From contig RQSC01000697.1 in NCBI GenBank assembly GCA_013416795.1, positions 1 through 38,632 of the forward strand: a stretch of 38,632 nt of DNA. The letters run 5' to 3'. Origin of the DNA: Prasinococcaceae sp. CCMP 1430 (Eukaryota; Plantae; Prasinodermophyta). Of this stretch, positions 9,424 to 18,704 are shown in pieces. Each line of letters opens with the position of its first letter. Position 1 is the first letter of the stretch. The translations under genes were made by a program, and so were the position numbers. The notes below the pieces were generated by a model. The model was not told the origin of the DNA and did not search any database. It was given only the letters and a program-made list of their open reading frames with translations.

Positions 9424-10388
9424 ATGCGGCGCGTGCGGCGGCCGCAGCCACGCGCACCGGCACGGCGCCACTGCGTGCGCCGCCGCAACGCGGCGCGCAC
9501 TGATATTTTACGCGGTGCCGTTTCATTTTTCCGTTTCCTCCATCAGTTTCCCATTGCGGTGGCCCCTCCGCACCCGCACCGCAATTGCGGCGATCGGCCG
9601 GCAAAAGATCCAAATCGTGCCAATCGCATTCCGTTCGGTGCCCCCTCGCAGTCGAGGCCATCGACAGCTCGGCGCGGCTCGACTGGCGTCGATTCGCGTC
9701 GATGACGAGCGTGACCGCCGCCGGGCCCTCGATCGGCTGCACGGCCGCGTCGCTGCGCGTTGAATCCGAACGGGCGGCCCTTCGTGGCCCATCGCGCGAC
9801 GCGTTGACTGAATCGAATCGACGCATCCGCATGGACGCTCTCCAAGAAGCCAATCACGCTCGAGCGGGGCCCCGATTCCGTCCCTGACATCGATGGTACG
9901 GCGGCGTTGCGAGGGCACGCTGATTCGTGCCCCTCGGCAGCATCGTGTGCCAATGCGGGCACCGCGCCTGTTTCGATCAATGGCTCCTTGATGACAGTGC
10001 GCTCGCAACTCAATTTGATGAAAGCCGATGCCGCGCAGGATTCGGTCCTGCGACGCCAGCCGTCGACAGCTTGCGGGTCAACTCGTCAAGAAAGTCAAAC
10101 GCATGCGCACGTGCGCCTGAACGAGCGGCTGCTGGCTGCCGGGCGACTCGCAGGTGACGCGGTGCGCGGGGGTTTCACTGCACCAATGGCCCGCACGTGC
10201 CCACGTGGATGGCATGCACGCTCGTACGTGACACGTGTGCACGTGCATATGTGCCTCCGAGTGAAGGGGTCCGATTGAAAATTGGGAATCAGTCCTTCCT
10301 TGGTTGAGGCACGCAAGTTCGCGGGGCGGACGGAGACTGGCCGACGAGCTGGCCGAGCAAGTGTGTGATGGATTGCAAGGCGGACATG

Positions 10389-10393
10389 TTACA
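10389..10393 (-). terminator. TGTAA putative polyadenylation signal (RNase Z)
   Basis: TTACA on the + strand, about 65 nt beyond the stop at 10457. Confidence 0.45.
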
Positions 10394-10456
10394 GTACGGA
10401 GGGTGCGGTGCACCTCCCCTCACCCCCCCTTCCCAGCCCGTGCCACCCCGCGCTTG

Positions 10457-13102
10457 TTAAGCTGCCGCCGCGCCGCCGCCGCCGCCGCCGCCGCCGTTGC
10501 CGGCGATGGCCTCCGCGCCGAACGTGGCGTCGCCGTCGTCGCCCTCGTCGGCCATGCCATCCATCTCGGCCTGGAAGAGGGCCTCGAGCTTGGGGAGCGA
10601 GGACGTCAGCCGCCTGGCAGAACCTGGGGCGTCGGCGCGGCCACCACACACGACGCGCATCAGGTCGAAGGCCACGCCAACGGCCATGCCGTTGGGGTCG
10701 CTGCCCACATCCCTGAAGTTAGGCACCTTCGGGTAGCGCTGCGAGAAGTGCGTGAGCAGCAGCGCACCAACGCCCGCGTCGCGCCCCGTCTGCAGCGCTT
10801 CGGTGGTGGTCGAGTGGCGCTTGGCCATCGCCTCGCTCAGCAGGCCGTCTTCAAAGGTCGCCTCGTGGATGAGCAGGTCGACGGCGCGCGCCGCGCGCAC
10901 GAGCTTCGGCGTCGGGCGCGTGTCACCGCTGTACGCGAGCGACCACGCGTTGGCATCGCCGCCCGACACAGCGTCGCCGTCCGCGGCCGCGCTCTCCCCG
11001 CCGTCCGCACCGCGCGCCACGGCGCCGGCTGACCGAAGCACGATGCCGTAGGCGTGCTGGCAGTGGTCAACGAGCACACTGCTCAACTCGCCCACACCCG
11101 CGCGCCGCATGGCGTCGGCAAGCTCCACCGGCGGCCAGTCGCCGCTTTCGTCGCTTCGGGCGTCGGCGCTCGCCATGGCGTCGGACGTCGTGCCCTCGAT
11201 GGGAATGATCGTCGCACTGAGCTTCTCCAACGCGCCGTACCACTCGAGGTACCTGCGCACGAGCGGCGGCGCCACGACGGCAAGCGGAGGCACACGCTCG
11301 TCGGGACCAAGCCCGAGCCGCCGCTGCAGCTCGCGCCTGCGCTCGGTAAGCAGACGCTGCAGCCCCGCGTGGTGGTCGGCGTGCACATGGCTGATCCAGA
11401 CCATCGCCATGTTCGCGAGCACGTCAAGCATGCCGTCTCTCCCGAGGGCGCGTGTGAGTTGCACCACGGTACCCTCGCCGCAGTCCAGCAGCAGGCCGCC
11501 CGCCCCGTCCTCGCGCGGTCTCACCAGCAGCGCACTGACGTTGCGATACTTGGAGGGCATCGCAGAGCCCGTGCCCAGGAAGAGCACCTCAGCCCCGCCA
11601 ACCTTGGCTCCGACGCGCTCAGACCCGACCATTGCGCCATCCGCGGCGCCGGAGGCCCCTTTCGCGGCGACCTTGTCCGCTGGGCCCACCTCATCCTTTG
11701 CACCGCTCGTGCCCGCCATGGCAAGCTCCTCGAAAGCCTCGGCGCGGAGAGCATCTCGGTCGGGCATGGCAGGCACGCCGCTCGAGTCCAAACCGCGAGA
11801 AGCAGCTGGGCGAAGCGTGAACTTCAGCATGGTGCTGCCTTGCGCGACGACGGTGGGCTCGCCGGCACTCGCCCGCCGCGCTGCAACACCATTCTCGACG
11901 CTGTGCGTCTCGACGAAGAACTCGGGCACGGCCGCAGCGAGCCGCGTCGCCATCGCCGCCGAGAAGCCGTAGGCGGGCGGCACGGGCGCCGCGCGCGCGG
12001 CGCACAACACGTGCGTGGCAGCGTCGCCTTCGCCGAAGCCTTGGGCGACCCAAAGCCTATACGCGTCGCTTTCGATCACAGCGGCGGGCGAGAGGTGCAC
12101 CGCGCACGACGACGTGCGCGCGAGTGCGCGGAAGGCCTCGCACGCTCGCAGCTGCTCGAGGTGGCCCAGGGTGGGGCAGTCAATGATGAGCGCCTTAGGC
12201 CCCGGCTCGCTGGCCTCGAGCACCTGCTCTGGCGCAATTTGCGTTCCATCGTCGAGCGTGATGGTCTGGCCGCGCACGAGCGCGCCTCGCCGCGAGTCGC
12301 GGGGCACGCCCAGCGCCTCGGCTCGCCGCATGTCGAACTTGCCAGGTGCCGTCGGCAGTTCGATGGCGTACGAGCAAGCGGCCTCCCCTCCTATCATGGC
12401 GCCAGGCTGCAGGCGGGGGCGCTTGGCCGGCCGCTGCGCTTGCTCTGGGGCTGGGCTGCTGCTGTCCTGGTCACCCTGAAGCCGCCGCTGCTGCTGCTGC
12501 TCGTTGGCACCCGCTGCCCCGACGGCGGCAGCCGCCGCAGCTCTTGCGCGCTGCGCGTCAGTCAGGGTGCCCTCAGGCGTCACCGTGAATGCGGTGATGG
12601 TGACTTCGCGCGTGCGCACCACCTCATTAGCACGCACGCCCGCGCCGGACGCGTCCGCTGGGCTCGCTGTCTCATGCACGGTCGCAGCACCCCGCGCGCG
12701 CCCGTGCACGTACGGCGCCATCGACCCAACCGCTGCTCGCAGCGGTGGTGGGCCTGTGAGCGTCACGCCGCCTGCAACCCCACCTGCCTCGGAGCCTCGC
12801 CCGTGCAGGTCGGCAAGCGTGAGCAGCAGCCCCGGCAGGCCGCCGAGCGTCTCCGTCGACGCGCGCGTCATCAGGTAGTTTCCGACGCGTCCCACGCGCA
12901 CCTTGTGCTCCACGCACAGCCGCTGGAAGCCCTCACCCACGTTGAAGACGTAGCGGTCGCCGTCGAAGAAGAGCATCACCGAGGGGGGCGCGTCGGCGTC
13001 CGAGTCGCCCCCGCACCCGATGATCTGCAGGTAGCATGCCGTCGATGTCGTGCCGCCGTTAGCAGAGGCGACCTCTCGCTCGCGCGCCGAGCGACGGCCC
13101 AT
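10457..13102 (-). CDS. ELAC2: tRNase Z, long form (tRNA 3'-processing metallo-beta-lactamase)
   Basis: N-terminal pseudo-domain YVFNVGEGFQRLC, flexible arm GKFD…LGVP…LVRGQTITLDDG, FLGTGSAMPSKYRNVS, LLDCGEGT, HVHADHH, YSGDTRP, HEATF, HST and THFSQRYPK. First ATG at 13102; the frame stays open upstream past 13294. Confidence 0.95.
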   Translation of the reverse strand: MGRRSAREREVASANGGTTSTACYLQIIGCGGDSDADAPPSVMLFFDGDRYVFNVGEGFQRLCVEHKVRVGRVGNYLMTRASTETLGGLPGLLLTLADLHGRGSEAGGVAGGVTLTGPPPLRAAVGSMAPYVHGRARGAATVHETASPADASGAGVRANEVVRTREVTITAFTVTPEGTLTDAQRARAAAAAAVGAAGANEQQQQRRLQGDQDSSSPAPEQAQRPAKRPRLQPGAMIGGEAACSYAIELPTAPGKFDMRRAEALGVPRDSRRGALVRGQTITLDDGTQIAPEQVLEASEPGPKALIIDCPTLGHLEQLRACEAFRALARTSSCAVHLSPAAVIESDAYRLWVAQGFGEGDAATHVLCAARAAPVPPAYGFSAAMATRLAAAVPEFFVETHSVENGVAARRASAGEPTVVAQGSTMLKFTLRPAASRGLDSSGVPAMPDRDALRAEAFEELAMAGTSGAKDEVGPADKVAAKGASGAADGAMVGSERVGAKVGGAEVLFLGTGSAMPSKYRNVSALLVRPREDGAGGLLLDCGEGTVVQLTRALGRDGMLDVLANMAMVWISHVHADHHAGLQRLLTERRRELQRRLGLGPDERVPPLAVVAPPLVRRYLEWYGALEKLSATIIPIEGTTSDAMASADARSDESGDWPPVELADAMRRAGVGELSSVLVDHCQHAYGIVLRSAGAVARGADGGESAAADGDAVSGGDANAWSLAYSGDTRPTPKLVRAARAVDLLIHEATFEDGLLSEAMAKRHSTTTEALQTGRDAGVGALLLTHFSQRYPKVPNFRDVGSDPNGMAVGVAFDLMRVVCGGRADAPGSARRLTSSLPKLEALFQAEMDGMADEGDDGDATFGAEAIAGNGGGGGGGGAAAA

Positions 13103-13679
13103 CGCACAGGCCCGCGTCGACGCGGTGAGCGTGCGCGCACGAGCGACCGCCGCCGCGCGCCGTAAATGCGGCGCCACAAAGACCGAGGCAAAGGCTAGCC
13201 GAGGGCGCCCACGCGGCCGTGCGGCGCCGAGCGCCTCTGCGGCTGCCGGAAGCGGTCGCCACGCCGCCGCGGCCTCGGTTGCGCAGCGCGCCACCCGCTG
13301 GCAGGTGCCGCGCCCGCGCGTGCGGTGTGGTGCCCGGCGGCCGCTGCCGCAGCGCGCGCGCGCGGCCCGGAACCTCTGCGAGATTACCCCGGTCTTTAGT
13401 GTTGTGGGACTGGGGTTATCTCGCCCAGCGGCAGACTACAAGCCGATAGACCGGGTGAAAAGATGGAAGGGGGACGTCGCGTATCGGGTCTTCTGCTTCA
13501 GGGAGTTCAGACATGGCGCGCGAGCGCCACAGGGCGCGCTGGGTGCGTCCACCCCCGCCCCTCCCTGGAGAGCGCGCAGCGCGGCCAACGGCGGGCGCGC
13601 CGCTCGCAAGGAGGGGAAGGGGAAGAGGGGGGGGGGGGGTGTGCCAAGCCAGTGGCAGGCAGTGCTCGTTGCGGGCGCG

Positions 13680-15296
13680 ATGGCGCGCGCAGAGCGGGCT
13701 TGCGGGGCGGCGCGGGGGGCGCGAGCGGCGCTGGCGGTGGCCGTTACGCTGCTGCTGTGCGCCCCCACAGCACTGGGCGCCATCCACAGGTACCACGGCG
13801 AGCGCTTCCTCGCGGTCGGCGACGCGTTCATATTCCGCGGGGGGCGCGAGGGGCTCGTCGCGCGCTCCAACGAGGCTGACCTCGCCGACGAGGAGGCGGC
13901 CGCGACGGCCGCGACGGCGCGCGTGGGCAGAAACGTAGGCAACGGCAACACCTTCATCCGCTTCTCAAGGGTGCACTTCCACAGGACGCAGCAGGTCGCC
14001 AACGAGTACGCCGCCGGCCGCGTAACCAACGGCAAGCAGAACTACGTCGGTATGGTGCAGGCCGTCGTCTTCGAGGTCGGCGACCGCGACCGCATCGGCC
14101 ACGTGATGCCCGATGGCCGCACGCGCCGCTTCTGCTGCACGCCGACGCTGCAGGCGCAGACGGGATGCGAGGCCGACCGCCTGATCGTCAAGCAGCGCGA
14201 GGACGAGCCCGGCTGGCCGTGGGTGACGGAAATATTCTACGAAGACAACGCCACCGTGGCCTACGCGGTCGATGACGCCGTGGTCATTGACACCACGGGC
14301 ATGTACTACCTGTGGTTCGTGGTGTGTGACCCCAACCTCGCCAGCGTGTCCATTGACGGCCAGACGACGTGGAAGAACCCCACCGGCTACCTGCCAGGGA
14401 TGATGGCACCAAACCTCGAGCTCTTCAAGTGGATGAGTGTCGCATACGGTGTTCTGGGCGTCGGCTGGTTTCTGGCGTACGCCTTTCACTGGCGCAACAC
14501 CATGATGCTGCAGCACTTCATAAGCGCGGTCATCCTCCTCTCGCTTGTTGAGGTGACGGCCTGGTACTTCGACTTCCAGAAGTTCAACACGTCCGGCCTG
14601 CGCCCCGAGGGCATCACCACTTTCGCGGTGCTCGCCGGTGCGTCCCGCAAGAGCGTCTCGCGCCTCCTCGTACTAGTGGTGTCCATGGGCTACGGCGTCG
14701 TCAAGCCCACGCTCGGCGGCATCACGCAGCAGGTGGTCTCCCTCACGGCAGTATATGCCGTGGCCACGGCCTTGCTGGACGTCATGACCAACGTCGGCAC
14801 AGTCGACGACCTGGATTCGAGCCTACGAGTCATTCTGGTGCTCCCTGTGGCCGCCCTGGACGCCGTCTTCATCCTGTGGATCTTCACATCGCTCAGCCGC
14901 ACGCTCGCTCAGCTGCAGGCGCGCCGGCAAAGCGCCAAGCTGGCAATGTACCGCAAGTTCACCAACGCACTCGCGCTGATGGTGCTCTTCTCGATCGCCT
15001 TCATCGCCTATGAGATGATCTTCAAGATCAGCGACAAGTACAACGAGCGCTGGCAGGAGGATTGGGTCCCCACGGCGTACTGGCAGGTGCTCTCGTTCGC
15101 GCTGCTGCTGGTCGTCTGCGTGCTGTGGGGGCCTGCTGCCAACTCACGCATGTACGCGTACCACGAGGACGACGTGGCAGAGGTGTGGGACGAGGCCGAC
15201 GTTATCACCGAGAACTTCGGCGAAGACACCGGCAAGACCATTGCTACAGACGTTTTCTCCCTCGAGGAGGAGGACGGCAACGCCAAGCTCGAGTAG
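13680..15296 (+). CDS. TMEM87/GPR107-family ('lung seven-transmembrane receptor') protein
   Basis: Signal peptide, luminal domain with FCCT and GMYYLWFVVCD, W-KNPTGYLPG motif, seven hydrophobic helices, VSMGYGVVKPTLG and AKLAMYRKF. Intronless. Confidence 0.9.
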   Translation: MARAERACGAARGARAALAVAVTLLLCAPTALGAIHRYHGERFLAVGDAFIFRGGREGLVARSNEADLADEEAAATAATARVGRNVGNGNTFIRFSRVHFHRTQQVANEYAAGRVTNGKQNYVGMVQAVVFEVGDRDRIGHVMPDGRTRRFCCTPTLQAQTGCEADRLIVKQREDEPGWPWVTEIFYEDNATVAYAVDDAVVIDTTGMYYLWFVVCDPNLASVSIDGQTTWKNPTGYLPGMMAPNLELFKWMSVAYGVLGVGWFLAYAFHWRNTMMLQHFISAVILLSLVEVTAWYFDFQKFNTSGLRPEGITTFAVLAGASRKSVSRLLVLVVSMGYGVVKPTLGGITQQVVSLTAVYAVATALLDVMTNVGTVDDLDSSLRVILVLPVAALDAVFILWIFTSLSRTLAQLQARRQSAKLAMYRKFTNALALMVLFSIAFIAYEMIFKISDKYNERWQEDWVPTAYWQVLSFALLLVVCVLWGPAANSRMYAYHEDDVAEVWDEADVITENFGEDTGKTIATDVFSLEEEDGNAKLE

Positions 15297-15586
15297 GAAG
15301 CTGCCGCGGTCTAGAACTAGAGTCGGATGGAATGCACGCTGCTGTACCTCGCCACCACGTCACTCGCGTCGGCGCTCGCATGGCAGCGCGCGCGGGAGCG
15401 CGGATGCGGGCGAGCGCCACGGCAGACAGCGGTGCAATCGCCGCGCCGCCCCTGCCGCGCGGGAGGAGCGAGCGCATTGCGCGAGCATGCCGCCGCCGCC
15501 ACGGCCGCGGTGTCCGCTCTTATTCCCGGAGATTTGACAACACATGCTGCCAGCCACAACGCGTGCCGCGCGCGGGCGGGCGGGCG

Positions 15587-16261
15587 ATGGCGGGGGATGC
15601 CGCGTGCCGGCTGGTTCTCGTGCGCCATGGGGAGACGGACTGGAACGCCGCGCACCGCATTCAGGGACAGCTCGACGTGCCGCTCAATGCGCGGGGCCGC
15701 GCGCAGGCCGCTGCCGTCGCAGCGCGCCTCGCGCGAGAGCTCGCCGGCGCCGGCGCCAGCGTGCTCTCGAGCGACCTCTCGCGCGCTGCCGACACAGCAC
15801 GCGCGATTGCGGCCGCGCTAGGGGTTGAGATGGAGACGAGTCCCGCGCTTCGCGAGCAGCACCTTGGTGAGCTGCAGGGACTCGAGAAGCGTGAGGCGGA
15901 GAGCTCGGCTCCGGCCTCATGGCGAGCGCTGCGCGGCGGCGACGCGCCTGGCGGCGGTGGCGAGAGCGACGAGGATGTGTACAAGCGCGTCGTGCGGTGC
16001 CTGAGCGAGATCGCGAGCGCGAATCCTGGGCGGACGGTGGTCGCTGTGTCGCACAGTGGCGCGCTGCAGCAGGTTCACACGCACGCGCGCGGCACGCGGG
16101 CTCGCGAGAGTGTGCGCAACACAGCTGTGAGCGTGCTCGAGATTCGCGCGCGCGGTGAGCGCGGCGGCGAGGAGTGGCGGGTGCTCGCCTGGAATAGTGA
16201 CGAGCACATCCGCGGAACCGCGCACTTGGAGGGTGGCGCCGCATTCAACGAGGCGAGATGA
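15587..16261 (+). CDS. Histidine phosphatase (phosphoglycerate-mutase-like) family protein
   Basis: LVRHGETDWN, QGQLDVPLN, SSDLSRAADTA, LRE, GGGES and VSHSG. ATG at 15587. Confidence 0.93.
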   Translation: MAGDAACRLVLVRHGETDWNAAHRIQGQLDVPLNARGRAQAAAVAARLARELAGAGASVLSSDLSRAADTARAIAAALGVEMETSPALREQHLGELQGLEKREAESSAPASWRALRGGDAPGGGGESDEDVYKRVVRCLSEIASANPGRTVVAVSHSGALQQVHTHARGTRARESVRNTAVSVLEIRARGERGGEEWRVLAWNSDEHIRGTAHLEGGAAFNEAR

Positions 16262-16416
16262 CACCGGCAGTGCGCTACGGGCGTACACGCGCGCACACGC
16301 ACACCATCACACGCAGACACACACATGCGCAGGCAGCGCGCCGCCACCATTGGTGCGTCAAAGTACTACAAAAAAGGCAACACATCGAGAGTGCAGCGCG
16401 CGGTCGAGTGCGCCGA

Positions 16417-17796
16417 TCAGTGCGCGTGGCTGTGCTTGGGGGTGTGGTTGTGCGTGTGGTTGTGCGCGTGGCTGTGATCGTGCGCGTCCCCGACCTGGTC
16501 GGCCTCCTCGCCGAGCACAACCTCAACGACGACGTCGGAGCAGCGCGGCACAGCTGTGGTCACCGCCGCACGCACCGCCGTGGCAGCGGCCGCATACTCA
16601 GCGGCGGTGGCATGCTTGCCACCACTGAGCGTCACGCGCAACTCGGCCGCAACTTTGCCACCCACACCCCGGCAACGCGCGCGGCGCACCGTGGCCACGC
16701 CAGCAGCGTTCGCTGCGGCTTCGACCACTGCCGCCCGTACGGCCGCATCGGGGGCGCGGTCGACCAGGTCGCCAAACGCGGCGCTCATGATGGACCAGCC
16801 CATCGACCACAGCAGCGCCGCGATGAGCAGGCCGCATACGGGGTCGGCGAACTCCAGGCCGAGCGTGTGTGCCGCGAGCCCAACGAGCGCGAGCACCGAG
16901 GTGAAGGCGTCGGAGCGGTGATGCACGGCGTTTGCCATGAGCACGGGCGAGCCCAGCGAGCGTCCCACTGCGGCGGTAACCCTGTAGAGCACTTCCTTGG
17001 CCACGATGCTCACTGCCGCGACGGTGAGTGCGGGCGCGCTCGCGACCACCACGTGCGTGTGCGCGAGCCCGATGCCGTGCGCGTGTGCACCCGCAAGCGC
17101 GCCGCTGGCCCCTCCGCCGCCGAGCGCCCACAACGCCCACTGCGGCAGCACCGCACCGAGAGCGCTCGCGAGCGCCAGCGCGGCGTGCTGTGCGATGCCG
17201 AGCGTGCCCACCAGCACCAGCGCACCGATGGCCAACGCCGCGACCGACTCATACTTGCCGTAGCCGAAGGGGTGGGCCTCGTCGGCTTCCTGGCCGCCCA
17301 TGCGGACCGCGACGAGGGTCACGCCGTCTGAGACCAGGTCCGACGCGCTGTGGAGCGCATCTGCCAGGAGGCCTGCGCTCCCGCACGCAGCGCCCACCAC
17401 GGCCTGCGCGGCCACGGATTCCAGAGCAGGCGCGAGCTCGCGGCGTCAGCGAGCTGGCGCGGCGCGCACGCTCCCTCCACTCGCAACATCAGCGCAGGCG
17501 CCCTTGCGCGCGAACGCGCTCCGCCACGCACCTTTGCCCCCGCCAGCATTGCGTTTATCGCGACCGCCGCCCACGTCACAGCCACGGCAGCCGCGCGGTC
17601 GTCGGCCTCGCCGCTCCCGTGCGCGTGCGAGTGGCCGCCGTGCCGCTAACGCTCGACGAGGTGGGGGAGCCCACAGCCGCCACCGCGACGACCGCCGCTC
17701 CGTACCGCCGCCGCGCCCGAGGCGCGCCTTCCCGCCTTCCCGCCGCCGCCGCGCGCGGATGCGCGGTGCACTCACCACGACGGCGTTTCGGCGCAT
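16417..17796 (-). CDS. Cation diffusion facilitator metal transporter (MTP2/MMT-like), 3 exons
   Basis: complement(join(16417..17403, 17532..17645, 17776..17796)), all phase 0. Motifs RHGGHSHAH, ADALHSASD, HPFGYGKYES and ANAVHHRSD, plus a His-rich C-terminal tail. An alternative first exon lies at 17884-17904. Confidence 0.9.
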
Positions 17797-18088
17797 CGGT
17801 GCAGTCCCGGGCGCGAGCCCGGATCAAACGGCCCCTAGCGCAGATATTGGTGGGAGTAGCAACGCTTCAGCAAATGGACTCACCGCGGAGGCGTTTCGGC
17901 GCATCGAACGCGGGCGTGTGCCGGGCGCGCGCCGCGCCGAAAACGCGCGCGCGGGGCGCCTTCCCGCCCATCATTTCCAGGGGGGCCGCGCGCGGTTCCC
18001 GCCCGCGGGGCGAGCGCGGCGCGCGCGCGCAGATTTTTTGCGAACCCGCCCGCGGACGCGCCGCGCGCGAAAATGGGAACCCAGACAC

Positions 18089-18098
18089 AAACCCTAAA
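18089..18098 (+). promoter_or_regulatory. Telo-box-like AAACCCTAAA in the divergent CDF/importin intergenic region
   Basis: Exact match to the plant-type telomere repeat (telo-box). Single copy, so chance is possible. Confidence 0.3.
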
Positions 18099-18704
18099 CC
18101 CCAACCACAACCGACCGACGCGCGCGCCGGCGCCGGGCGATCCATGGGGCGATCCGATCCACACGCGCGCCAAACCGCCGCGTCTCTATCCGTCCGCGAT
18201 CGCCTCGGGGTGATCTCCCGTGGGTAGGTGTATACAGTTGTACAGTGCATCCATGGCGGGCGGGCGTGTCCGCCACACCGGCCGTCAGAAGCTTCGTCAT
18301 CACACGGTGCGAACGCCGGGAGGTCCTGCTGTACTGTCTGACACCTGGCAGGTGCCAGGCCTGTCTGTGGCCGCACCTTCCACCCTTGAACCTCGGTTGG
18401 ACGACGAGAAAGGCGTTCTTACATAGGGTTCACATAGAGGATTCAGTTTGGGCAGCGCCGCGCCGGCGTTCGCATCTCTGCCATCTCATGCACATTGGGT
18501 TTAGACTGGCCACACACGTACACAGTGCCATCTGATGGTATCTTATCTTGTGTGCGAGGGGGACTGGCTGAGGGGAGCCGCCGGCGGCCGCCAGAGTGCG
18601 CGCGCGCCGCGCGGGGAGGCGCGCCGCGCCCCCTTCCCCCCTTCCAGCGCTGCCCCTTTCCTTGCACCACTGGTCCTCTCCTTCACTCGGCCCCCTCCGT
18701 GGCG

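Noticed and set aside
9424-10400. ORFs and an 11-bp inverted repeat (GCGTCGATTCG at about 9687, CGAATCGACGC at about 9815) after the gap
   Set aside because: Too short and isolated to define a MITE, no TSD was found, and the ORFs lack protein-like composition.
13416-13514. Short minus-strand ORF MSELPEAEDPIRDVPLPSFHPVYRLVVCRWAR between RNase Z and the TMEM87-like gene
   Set aside because: Only about 32 codons, no supporting motif, and not spliceable into RNase Z in a way I could verify.
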